DNA from: an uncultured Oceanospirillaceae bacterium
Lineage (GTDB): Bacteria > Pseudomonadota > Gammaproteobacteria > Pseudomonadales > Oceanobacteraceae
NCBI GenBank assembly: GCA_937974825.1
Contig: CALJVD010000033.1
Coordinates: forward strand, 6,957 to 70,956
Direction of reading: 5' to 3'
DNA length: 64,000 bases
How positions within the stretch are numbered: the first letter of the stretch is position 1; each line of letters starts with the position of its first letter. Positions 9,533-17,392 of the stretch are shown piece after piece. The notes beneath the pieces were generated by a model. That model was not told where the DNA came from and did not search any database. It saw nothing but the letters and a program-made list of their open reading frames with translations. A program made the position numbers and the translations under genes.

Positions 9533-9725
9533 AAAAAAATAGGGCGATTAAAACTTCCTGTAGTAATCGCCCTGCACCCTAGCGCCGTCCTGGTTATCTA
9601 GATTCATTCATCCTTAACAGTCCGTTGTATTCCGCATGCACTTCCAGTGCTTGTTATTATCCTTTGAGACTTCCTAGTCGTATCCATATGCTGTGATCCG
9701 TACAGCCTTGTGCATCCCTACAACA
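9533..9725 (-). ncRNA. CsrB/RsmY/RsmZ-type CsrA(RsmA)-sequestering sRNA (candidate); 5' end uncertain
   Basis: This lies in an ORF-free gap. The minus strand has 11 GGA motifs in about 190 nt. The plus-strand TCC positions are 9556, 9588, 9611, 9621, 9631, 9643, 9660, 9672, 9683, 9697 and 9715. Many are in A(N)GGA context (AAGGATG, CAAAGGATA, CTAGGAAG, ATGGATA, ACGGATC). The 3' end is a 10-bp GC-rich hairpin (9541-9550/9564-9573) with GGA in its loop, followed by T7. A candidate -10 TAATAT lies at 9729-9734. Confidence 0.7.
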
Positions 9726-9902
9726 GCTATATTAGCAAAGCCCTTATATTTTATGGGGACGAAAGATACAAAATGTTACATTTTCTAAAAGACATTTCTT
9801 TCAGGGGGATTAATAAAACCTATATAAAACAAAGGGTTATGATTTTTCTTGAGTTGATGAAGGGGTTTTTCTAGTGAACATGACTTGAAAGTCTTACTGC
9901 TT

Positions 9903-9920
9903 TGTAAGACATGTCTTACA
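9903..9920. promoter_or_regulatory. GacA/UvrY-type upstream activating box
   Basis: Perfect 18-bp palindrome TGTAAGACATGTCTTACA, which fits the TGTAAG-N6-CTTACA consensus. It lies about 190 bp upstream (minus-strand sense) of the GGA-rich element. An extra GTCTTAC half-site sits at 9891-9897. Confidence 0.65.
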
Positions 9921-10024
9921 CGAGAGTGGTGAAATGTCTTGAAATGTAATCACATTGTGAGCAGAAATACTGCGAAAAGAGTGGCAAACTCCGAACGGTT
10001 ACGGAGTTTGGTGTAGAAGAGTTG

Positions 10025-10714
10025 TTACGCCCGACGCTTAGAGTTAACTAATGCAGAGAACCCTTGAGGGTCGACCAACTCGCCATCGTCCCCTATTTCT
10101 GGGTAAGGAATGTTTCGTTGCTGACAGAATTTAGTGATTTGCGGTTGGCACCATTCAAAGAATAAACGGTTGTAGGTGTCATCATCGAGACGACGATGCT
10201 CTAACATGCCCGCAGCTTTACGTTGCCGAATCGCTTCAGACAATAACATGGATGCCGCTACCGAAACATTAAACGATTCCACCATGCCATACATAGGGAT
10301 AATTAGATGTTCGTCAGCCAGCTCAGCGGCCTTTTCACTGATGCCATCTAATTCTGATCCCATCAGAAGTGCGGTTGGCTGAGTAAAGTCGTATTCACGG
10401 TAATCTTTAGCGCTATCGCTTAAATGAGCTGCGCAAACGCGTAGACCTTGTTGCTTTAGGTGATCAATAGCGCCTTCAATAGATTGATGAGTCACTACTT
10501 CAACCCAGTTGCCACTGCCAGCAGTTTGATTGCCAAACAAACGGTATTTTTCATCTAACCAGACGTTATGAACTTTAGGTACAGCAAAAGCATCACAGCT
10601 GCGTACTATGGCAGAGAGGTTACGTTCTTTATGAACCTCGTCACATAAAATAGTCAGGTCAGGCTGACGTAAATGAAGCGTTTGTTTAATACGTTGTAGG
10701 CGTTCAGGCGTCAC
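10025..10714 (-). CDS. trmH: tRNA (guanosine(18)-2'-O)-methyltransferase, SpoU/TrmH family
   Basis: TPERLQRIKQTLHLRQPDLTILCDEVHKERNLSAIVRSCDAF.. parallels the E. coli TrmH N-terminus, and SpoU motifs are present (LLMGSELDGIS, IPMYGMVESFNVSVA). I prefer the GTG at 10714. The ORF track extends to 10762 with a non-conserved hydrophobic leader. Confidence 0.82.
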   Translation of the reverse strand: MTPERLQRIKQTLHLRQPDLTILCDEVHKERNLSAIVRSCDAFAVPKVHNVWLDEKYRLFGNQTAGSGNWVEVVTHQSIEGAIDHLKQQGLRVCAAHLSDSAKDYREYDFTQPTALLMGSELDGISEKAAELADEHLIIPMYGMVESFNVSVAASMLLSEAIRQRKAAGMLEHRRLDDDTYNRLFFEWCQPQITKFCQQRNIPYPEIGDDGELVDPQGFSALVNSKRRA

Positions 10715-10785
10715 TGCTAAAATCACCGCATAAAATAAAAGGCGGCATTGTATAAAAAGCATTCACTAAATGCACGGAGGAAGCG

Positions 10786-11538
10786 ATGCAAGGAAATTTT
10801 TTGTTAGGAGTGCGCTATTTTTTTGATGGCGTGAAGTATATGCGCCAACCCGGCATTAAGCGCTACGTGGCGTTGCCTATACTCTTCAATATCATTTTAG
10901 TTGGTGCAGCCAGCTGGTGGGGCGTCACGTTAATTACCGACTGGATGAGTGATTTGGCACAGTGGTTTCCAAGCTGGCTAAGCTGGTTATATTGGATACT
11001 GATGCCTTTGCTGGTGATAACCTTTGTTATCGCTCTTGCCTATTTTTTTAGTACATTTCTAATGATACTTATGGCGCCAATTAATGGCTTGCTGAGTGAG
11101 AAAGTCGATTTGCTTGAGGGTGCCAAACTACCGCCCGAATCTCTGTGGTCTATGACCAAGCGTACGGTGTTTCGTGAACTGGTAAAACTTGGGTACTTAA
11201 TACCGCGCTATCTTATTATTATGTTGCTAAGTTTTGTGCCACTCGTACAACTGGCTGTGCCCTTTATTGCTATGGTGTTTGCAAGTTGGGTGATGGGGAT
11301 GCAGTACATTGATTACTCGTTCGATAATCGCAAAATTCACTTCAAAGAAACCAAAGCAGCTCTGCATCAAGACCGTTTAACCGTACTGGGGTTTGGTGCC
11401 ACTGCAGCCGTGTTATTTACTATTCCTGTGGTGAACTGGTTTGTAATGCCTGCCGCAATCATTGGCGCTACTTTAATGAATAAGCCAAATGATATCGATA
11501 AATCAGGCGTACTAAGCAACCAAGTAGTGAAGCGCTAG
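10786..11538 (+). CDS. cysZ: Sulfate transporter CysZ
   Basis: 250-aa membrane protein. The N-terminus GVRYFFDGVKYMRQPGIKRYVALPILFN is typical of CysZ, and the length matches. Confidence 0.75.
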   Translation: MQGNFLLGVRYFFDGVKYMRQPGIKRYVALPILFNIILVGAASWWGVTLITDWMSDLAQWFPSWLSWLYWILMPLLVITFVIALAYFFSTFLMILMAPINGLLSEKVDLLEGAKLPPESLWSMTKRTVFRELVKLGYLIPRYLIIMLLSFVPLVQLAVPFIAMVFASWVMGMQYIDYSFDNRKIHFKETKAALHQDRLTVLGFGATAAVLFTIPVVNWFVMPAAIIGATLMNKPNDIDKSGVLSNQVVKR

Positions 11539-12399
11539 GCCTGCCCACACGATAAGACCAAACCAGTAGTTCTGTAAGAATGCTTTAAAACATGCTTCTC
11601 GTGAGCGATCACGAGAAGACCACACTAACCAAGCAAAGTATAAGCCCCCGATAACCACGCCTAAATAAGCAAAGACGCCCAATTCAAGTTGTCCAAATGC
11701 CAATACTAAGCAGCTTAGGGTGATGGCGTAGAGTGTTGATACCATAAATAAATCAAGATCACCGAAAAGCACTGCAGTCGATTTAATGCCTACTTTTAAG
11801 TCATCGTCTCGGTCTACCATGGCGTAGAGTGTGTCGTAGGCCATGGTCCAGCTCATGTTGGCGATATAGAGCAACCAAGCTACTTTAGGAATTTCACCGG
11901 CTTGCGCAGCAAACGCCATGGGAATAGCCATGGAATAGGCGAGTCCTAAAAACAACTGGGGTAAGTGCGTAAAGCGTTTCGTAAATGGGTACAAAGAAGC
12001 TAAGCCTACTGCAGCAAACGACAGCATGATGGTTAGCTTGTTAGTCAGTAAGACCAATAAGAAGGCTAAGCCAATTAACACAGCAAACCCTTTTAAGGCT
12101 TGTTTTGCACTTAAACGTCCGGTGACTAAGGGGCGATCGGTGGTGCGCTTAACGGCTCCATCCCAGTGACGGTCAGCAAAGTCGTTAATAATGCATCCTG
12201 CTGAGCGCATTAAAAACACACCGGTAATAAAAATAATAACCAAGCTGATATCCGGCTTGCCTTCTCCGGCAATCCAGAGTGCCCATAAAGTGGGGCCTAA
12301 TAATAAATACGAACCGATGGGACGATTAAGACGGGTTAACATTACCCAGTCGTACCAATTGGGCCATAGGCGATCTAATTGCTTAGTAATAGGTTGCAT
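11512..12399 (-). CDS. ubiA: 4-hydroxybenzoate polyprenyltransferase
   Basis: UbiA prenyltransferase motifs NDFADRHWD and YDTLYAMVDRDDD. It lies directly downstream of ubiC. Confidence 0.9.
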   Translation of the reverse strand: MQPITKQLDRLWPNWYDWVMLTRLNRPIGSYLLLGPTLWALWIAGEGKPDISLVIIFITGVFLMRSAGCIINDFADRHWDGAVKRTTDRPLVTGRLSAKQALKGFAVLIGLAFLLVLLTNKLTIMLSFAAVGLASLYPFTKRFTHLPQLFLGLAYSMAIPMAFAAQAGEIPKVAWLLYIANMSWTMAYDTLYAMVDRDDDLKVGIKSTAVLFGDLDLFMVSTLYAITLSCLVLAFGQLELGVFAYLGVVIGGLYFAWLVWSSRDRSREACFKAFLQNYWFGLIVWAGLALHYLVA

Positions 12400-12409
12400 T
12401 GCTGCTCAC

Positions 12410-12946
12410 TTAATTCGCTAAATCTTGTAACTGTTGAGAAAAGGCTTCAGACACCATGAGTGGCTTCTTGCCTAAGTAGAATACCGAACGCCGCGCCCAA
12501 GTTAAATCGAAGTCATTAGCGGCACAGCGACTCACCTTCAGTTTTCCACGCTTTAAATGGGGTTGGCGAAATAAATAGCCACCCAAGGATGAGTTACCTA
12601 AATGCTGTAAGCGTTTTTCACTTCCGCTTAAGGTAGCTAGCGGAATAGCGGTTCGTGCATAGACAACCGCGACCTCCCCTAACATCAATACCACTTCTCT
12701 TACCCAAACTTTTTGATTGGATGAAAGCCACATCTCGGTGCGCTCAACACTAGTGGGGCTGTCGTAGTATTGATTTAATACTTCAACACGAAATTGCCCA
12801 GGGCGCAGTGCTTTTAAACGCGCGGTTAATGACCCGGCATCAAATAGCCAGCTACGCCAGAGATAAGGTAATAAAAACGATTGGTAGTTAACCCTTACCG
12901 ACCAGCTTGGTGAGACGGGGTGGAGTATGTCCGCCAGTGCAGGCAT
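12410..12946 (-). CDS. ubiC: Chorismate pyruvate-lyase
   Basis: The WLFDAGSLTARL motif and an ubiC-ubiA operon arrangement. The ORF track starts at 13057, which adds about 37 non-conserved residues. The Met at 12946 gives a canonical length with AGGT upstream. Confidence 0.7.
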   Translation of the reverse strand: MPALADILHPVSPSWSVRVNYQSFLLPYLWRSWLFDAGSLTARLKALRPGQFRVEVLNQYYDSPTSVERTEMWLSSNQKVWVREVVLMLGEVAVVYARTAIPLATLSGSEKRLQHLGNSSLGGYLFRQPHLKRGKLKVSRCAANDFDLTWARRSVFYLGKKPLMVSEAFSQQLQDLAN

Positions 12947-13122
12947 CAGAAGACCTAATATGACAATAAAAACAGCGAAAGGATGCGCTAAAACGACTCT
13001 GCTCGCAAGTGTTGTGGGATTGTCGTCCTGATTTAACCGTTGATTTTCATGATGCACCTAAGTAGCTTTATGCTCCTTAAGTAAAAAATAGTATTTTCAT
13101 CTAGTTATAAAAGGCAGTCTGT

Positions 13123-13287
13123 ATGAAGAAGTGGCAGTGTGTTGTGTGTGGTTGGATATATGACGAAGAGCAAGGCGCACCAGAAGAAGGCATAGCTCCA
13201 GGGACTCGCTGGGAAGATGTTCCAGAAGACTTTATTTGCCCAGACTGTGGGGTCGGTAAAGAAGACTTCGAAATGATTGAAATATAG
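13123..13287 (+). CDS. rubA: Rubredoxin (54 aa; below ORF-track size cutoff)
   Basis: Translates to [54 protein letters not shown], with two CxxCG knuckles and the canonical rubredoxin core. It lies immediately upstream of a rubredoxin reductase gene. Confidence 0.92.
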   Translation: MKKWQCVVCGWIYDEEQGAPEEGIAPGTRWEDVPEDFICPDCGVGKEDFEMIEI

Positions 13288-13319
13288 AACATTCATATTT
13301 ATTAGATTGGACCCTGAGC

Positions 13320-14474
13320 ATGAATCAACAAGCTCCTATTGTAGTGATAGGTACCGGATTGGCCGGATATCACCTCGTTAAAGAATTACGCAAGCTATCA
13401 CCAGAGCAAGCCATTGTTATGATTACCGCCGATGATGGCCGTAGCTACTCTAAACCTATGCTCTCCACGGGGTTTAGTAAGAATAAAAGCGCCGATGAGT
13501 TAGCCATGGCAAGTGCTGCCGATATGGCAGAACAATTAAATATTGTGGTGCGCACTAATACAGAAGTCACCAATATTGTTCCGCTTGAACACAAGCTGTA
13601 TATCGGTACCGAAGAAGTAAGCTACAGTAAGTTAGTGCTAGCATTAGGAGCAAACGTATTAACGCCACCCATAGAAGGCGATGCACAAGACCGTATTTTC
13701 TCTATTAATGACCTGCAAGATTATGCAAAATTTCGTACGGTTGCCGACACCCAAAAACGAGTATTGATAATGGGTGCCGGTTTAATTGGCTGTGAATACG
13801 CTAACGATATGTGTGCGGGTGGCTATGAGGTTGATGTGGTTGATCCCAGCGGTCATGCCTTACCTTCACTGTTGCCTGAACCTGCTGGCAAAGCATTACA
13901 AGACGGCCTAGAAGAGCTAGGAGTGCGTTTTCATTTAGGTGCGGTTGTCAACACATTGACGCGTCAAGACAGTGGTGTAAAGGCAGAGCTGAGTAACGGA
14001 ACAACCATTGAGGCCGACCTAGTAGTGTCAGCTATTGGTTTGCGTCCGAGAGTCGATTTGGCCACATTGTCTGGACTAAAAACTGGTGTCGGTATTAAAG
14101 TAAACAAATTGCTAGAGACCAGTGCATCTGACATTTATGCCATTGGGGATTGCGCAGAGGTCGAAGGCCGTGCTTTACTCTTCGTTCTGCCGTTAATGGC
14201 ATCGGCTCGAGCATTAGCAAAAACTTTAGCAGGACAGCCTACTGAAGTAAGCTATGGTGTTATGCCGGTAACGGTAAAAACACCAGCGGTACCCGTTGTG
14301 GTATCACCACCGGCGCCTGGATCTGAAGGTAGCTGGGAATTTGAAGGAACTGGTAAAGATATCGAAGCGAAATTTTGTAACCAAGCTGGCCAATTGTTAG
14401 GCTATGCTTTGACAGGTGCCAAGGTTGCGAATAAATTAGCTTTGAATAAACAATTACCAGCGATTTTGCCCTAA
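13320..14474 (+). CDS. rubB: Rubredoxin-NAD(+) reductase (FAD-dependent pyridine nucleotide-disulfide oxidoreductase)
   Basis: 384 aa with two Rossmann motifs (VVIGTGLAG and IMGAGLIGCE) and AIGDCA. It is adjacent to rubredoxin. Confidence 0.85.
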   Translation: MNQQAPIVVIGTGLAGYHLVKELRKLSPEQAIVMITADDGRSYSKPMLSTGFSKNKSADELAMASAADMAEQLNIVVRTNTEVTNIVPLEHKLYIGTEEVSYSKLVLALGANVLTPPIEGDAQDRIFSINDLQDYAKFRTVADTQKRVLIMGAGLIGCEYANDMCAGGYEVDVVDPSGHALPSLLPEPAGKALQDGLEELGVRFHLGAVVNTLTRQDSGVKAELSNGTTIEADLVVSAIGLRPRVDLATLSGLKTGVGIKVNKLLETSASDIYAIGDCAEVEGRALLFVLPLMASARALAKTLAGQPTEVSYGVMPVTVKTPAVPVVVSPPAPGSEGSWEFEGTGKDIEAKFCNQAGQLLGYALTGAKVANKLALNKQLPAILP

Positions 14475-14529
14475 AATGTTCCTTGCTTAACGGATGGAAC
14501 TGAATAATTAAAAAATAAGGATAACAACT

Positions 14530-14805
14530 ATGCGTAAACCAGAACTTGTAGCTGCAATTGCAGAAAAAGCAGATCTAACAAAAGAAAAAGCATCTGAAGT
14601 AGTGACTGTAATTACAGAGCAAATTGCTAAAGCATTAAGCGAAGGCGACTCGGTAAGTCTGATTGGCTTTGGTACTTTTGAAGTGCGTGAGCGTAAAGAG
14701 CGTAAAGGTAAGAACCCACAAACCGGTGCAGAAATTACTATTCCTGCAGCGAAAGTGCCTGCGTTTAAAGCGGGTAAAGGCTTGAAAGACGCTGTACGTC
14801 AATGA
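14530..14805 (+). CDS. DNA-binding protein HU
   Basis: 91 aa with the HU/IHF fold signature (..LIGFGTFEVRERKERKGKNPQTGAEITIPAAKVPAFKAGKGLKDAV). The subunit (alpha or beta) is not assignable by eye. Confidence 0.9.
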   Translation: MRKPELVAAIAEKADLTKEKASEVVTVITEQIAKALSEGDSVSLIGFGTFEVRERKERKGKNPQTGAEITIPAAKVPAFKAGKGLKDAVRQ

Positions 14806-14813
14806 TATGGGTG

Positions 14814-14850
14814 GCGCTGTAGGTTTCAAATCTACAGCGCTTCTCTTTTT
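14814..14850 (+). terminator. Intrinsic terminator after the HU gene
   Basis: GCGCTGTAG-loop-CTACAGCGC followed by TTCTCTTTTT. Confidence 0.75.
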
Positions 14851-15002
14851 AATTAACCAATAAAACAGTACAGAATAGTTATATGATCTGGTTGATTTCT
14901 GTACAAGGTCTTGAATCTCCCTTTCAGTCTGTCACAATCGCATCGTTTTATTGAGAGCCGTCCCCTTGGCTTTAATCTATTCTATTTTGCTCGAGATAAA
15001 TT

Positions 15003-15383
15003 ATGTTTAAATTCCGTGCTTTACTGTGGGCGCTTGGTTTATTAATGAGAAAATCAGCGCGTAAAAATCCGGATTTCCGTAAGCAGCTTGCAGGGAAAGA
15101 CTTTGTTTTTCAGCTGCAAACAGAAAACGGTAAAATTGTTCGCCACTATAAAGTGGCAAATGATAAGGTGGTAAGCAAAGGTCGTGCTCATAAAGAGCCT
15201 GCTTTTACCATTAGCTTCAAAGATGCCGAAACTGGCTTACGCATTATGACGTCGAAAGATAAGAATGCGTTTATGAAAGGGATCCAAGAAAAAGATATCG
15301 TTATTAGTGGCGATTTATCTTTACTTATGTGGTTCCAAGGCATTACTAAGCATTTAAAATCGTCTAAAAAGAAAAAAAGATAA
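15003..15383 (+). CDS. Small protein with an SCP2 (sterol-carrier)-like pattern; function unknown
   Basis: 126 aa. The pattern FVFQL..G..V..Y.V......G....P.FT.S..D...G......NAFM.G.....I.GD.....WF resembles the SCP2 fold. It has an N-terminal hydrophobic segment and a Lys-rich tail. Confidence 0.5.
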   Translation: MFKFRALLWALGLLMRKSARKNPDFRKQLAGKDFVFQLQTENGKIVRHYKVANDKVVSKGRAHKEPAFTISFKDAETGLRIMTSKDKNAFMKGIQEKDIVISGDLSLLMWFQGITKHLKSSKKKKR

Positions 15384-15416
15384 ACCAACCAACTATGGTC
15401 GGTTAAGGTGATAAAG

Positions 15417-16697
15417 ATGACCCTGACACGTCGTGTCCTATTAGCGATGACACTGGCCATAGTTCTAGGTAGTCTAACCAAGCTTCTACTCGGCCTGGAT
15501 TGGCTGCCTGCCCTGCTGCATACCTTTCTACAAGTTCATTTAGTTGATGGCCTATTTAACCTAGGCGGCCAAGTGTTTCTGGCAAGCTTAAAACTGCTGG
15601 TGGTTCCGCTTGTCTTTGTCTCATTGGTTTGTGGTGTTTGTCAGTTAAAAGATCAGAGCAGTTTAGGGCGTATGACCTTAAAGACCTTGGTGTTGTATCT
15701 TGGTACCACAGGCTTAGCTATATCCATGGCACTGCTGTTGGCTACTTGGTGGCAGCCCGGTATCGGTATTGAAATGCAAGCCGATTTAGAGTTTCAGCCG
15801 GCAGAGCCTGTGCCACTCTTCGACGTGCTGCTGAATATGTTTCCTAGCAACCCTTTTGCCGCCATGGTAGAAGCTAATATGTTGCAAGTGATTGTGTTTG
15901 CCCTGTTGGTGGGCATTGCGATTGGTAGAAGCGGTGAAGCTGGCAAGCGCTTAGGTTCACACTTTAAAGATTGGGATACGGCTTTAATGAGCCTGACAAC
16001 CCTCTTAATTAACCTCGCGCCTTATGGTGTGTTCTGCTTGTTGTTTACGTTATTTGCACGACAAGGCTTGGCCACCGTGGGTGATTTACTTCTATATATG
16101 GCTACTGTTGTTTCCGTTCTGTTATTGCACTGCTTTGTTGTTTATCCAGTAATACTGAGAACATTAACGCGACTCTCGCCTATTCCGTTCTTATTGAAAA
16201 TGCGACAAGTTCAGTTGTTTGCCTTTAGTACGGCTACCAGTACCGCCACCATTCCTGTGACCTTAGATACAGTCGAAAATAAGCTCGGTGTTGATAACAA
16301 AGTGTCTTCGTTTGTTATTCCTTTAGGCGCCACCATTAACATGGACGGTACGGCTATTATGCAGGGAGTAGCGACAGCCTTTATTGCTCAAGCCTATGGT
16401 ATAGATTTAAGCATGACCGATTATTTGCTAGTCGTACTAACCGCTACTTTGGCATCGATTGGCACGGCTGGCGTACCAGGCGTTGGCTTGGTCACTTTAG
16501 CGATGGTATTGCAGCAAGTTAGTCTACCGGTAGAAGGGATTGCACTGATTATTGGTGTAGACCGCCTATTAGATATGCTCAGAACGGCCGTTAACGTAAC
16601 CGGAGACTCCATGGTGGCTTTGATTGTTGGTCGCAGTGAGCAGGCCTTTGATGAGTCTGTCTATCAAGACCCAACAGCCGGTGAATCGCTAGCGTGA
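15417..16697 (+). CDS. Dicarboxylate/amino acid:cation symporter (DAACS family)
   Basis: About 426 aa, polytopic, with DAACS hallmarks (SSATIP-like TSTATIPVT, PLGATINMDGTA, VDRLLDMLRTAVNVTGD). I prefer the ATG at 15417, preceded by AAGGTG, over the GTG at 15408. Confidence 0.85.
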   Translation: MTLTRRVLLAMTLAIVLGSLTKLLLGLDWLPALLHTFLQVHLVDGLFNLGGQVFLASLKLLVVPLVFVSLVCGVCQLKDQSSLGRMTLKTLVLYLGTTGLAISMALLLATWWQPGIGIEMQADLEFQPAEPVPLFDVLLNMFPSNPFAAMVEANMLQVIVFALLVGIAIGRSGEAGKRLGSHFKDWDTALMSLTTLLINLAPYGVFCLLFTLFARQGLATVGDLLLYMATVVSVLLLHCFVVYPVILRTLTRLSPIPFLLKMRQVQLFAFSTATSTATIPVTLDTVENKLGVDNKVSSFVIPLGATINMDGTAIMQGVATAFIAQAYGIDLSMTDYLLVVLTATLASIGTAGVPGVGLVTLAMVLQQVSLPVEGIALIIGVDRLLDMLRTAVNVTGDSMVALIVGRSEQAFDESVYQDPTAGESLA

Positions 16698-17392
16698 TTA
16701 AGCATTTTTTTATATCAGCAACCTTACTTGCTGCATCCTTTGTTTCTGCGGCAACAACACCTACTGATGTGGCACAGACACGTATTTCAGAAATCATAGA
16801 GTTAAGCCGCTTAACGGGGTTAAGTGTGCAGGCGCGTAATGTGACCCAACAAGTGCTCGAGGAAGCACAAGTGCCGTTAGGCAAGCAGTACAAAGTGGTC
16901 GGAGTAATCTCTAGCCAGTGGTCAGCTGACAAGCTTCAGGCACACTTTCAAAGTATTCTTAATAGTTATGATGCGGTGGAGTTAGAGCAGCTAGCACAAG
17001 CGCTAAATAATCAACATATTCTTTCGGCTCGAAAAAAAGAATTGAGCGCCGTTGCCGAACAAAGCAGCACCGACTATCAGCAGTATATTCAACGACTTCA
17101 AACGCAAAAAATAGCCAAAGGCCGACTGCAATACATACGTAATTTAGACCAAGCAATGCAGCTTTCTGCAGTGTTAATTAAGGCAAGACAGTCTATTTAT
17201 GCGGAGTTAAAGAAGAATGTAGAGGGTTGGCAGCCCGATGAGCATTGGCAGCAGCAATTACAAAAAGATGTGCTGAGCTTTTTGTTCTATGTGCATCGTG
17301 GTACCAGTAATCAAGAGCTTCAGCAGTTAATCAATTATTATCGACAGCCACAACTGAGTGCGTGGTTATCGGATATCAAAAATGCTTTATAA
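16694..17392 (+). CDS. Secreted all-alpha protein, function unknown
   Basis: 232 aa with a signal peptide (MIKHFFISATLLAASFVSAA). Its GTG start overlaps the transporter stop (GTGA), which suggests translational coupling. Confidence 0.6.
   Translation: MIKHFFISATLLAASFVSAATTPTDVAQTRISEIIELSRLTGLSVQARNVTQQVLEEAQVPLGKQYKVVGVISSQWSADKLQAHFQSILNSYDAVELEQLAQALNNQHILSARKKELSAVAEQSSTDYQQYIQRLQTQKIAKGRLQYIRNLDQAMQLSAVLIKARQSIYAELKKNVEGWQPDEHWQQQLQKDVLSFLFYVHRGTSNQELQQLINYYRQPQLSAWLSDIKNAL

Noticed and set aside
5950-10025. Possible tRNA-Thr-associated genomic island (porin, ice-binding remnant, amidase, small membrane protein, sRNA)
   Set aside because: I saw no integrase, transposase or plasmid/phage gene, and no direct repeat of the tRNA 3' end downstream. 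The content is accessory-looking, but there is no mobility signature. It could still be a variable region, which needs comparative genomics.
12947-13057. Possible membrane-anchoring N-terminal extension of UbiC (hydrophobic FAVFIVILGLLMPALA)
   Set aside because: Chorismate lyases I recall are soluble, with about 30 residues before the WLF..GSLT.RL motif. The Met at 12946 reproduces that length and has an AGGT upstream. The extension is probably just open frame in the ubiC-rubA intergenic DNA. It remains testable by N-terminal proteomics.
13101-13296. Two overlapping 63-aa minus-strand ORFs
   Set aside because: Both are antisense to a textbook rubredoxin reading frame on the plus strand (13123-13287), which explains the region completely.
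14868-14904. 8-bp inverted repeat GTACAGAA-N21-TTCTGTAC downstream of the HU gene
   Set aside because: It is a single short repeat with a long loop and no T-run or matching known operator. It could be chance in AT-rich intergenic DNA, and there is not enough evidence to call it a feature.
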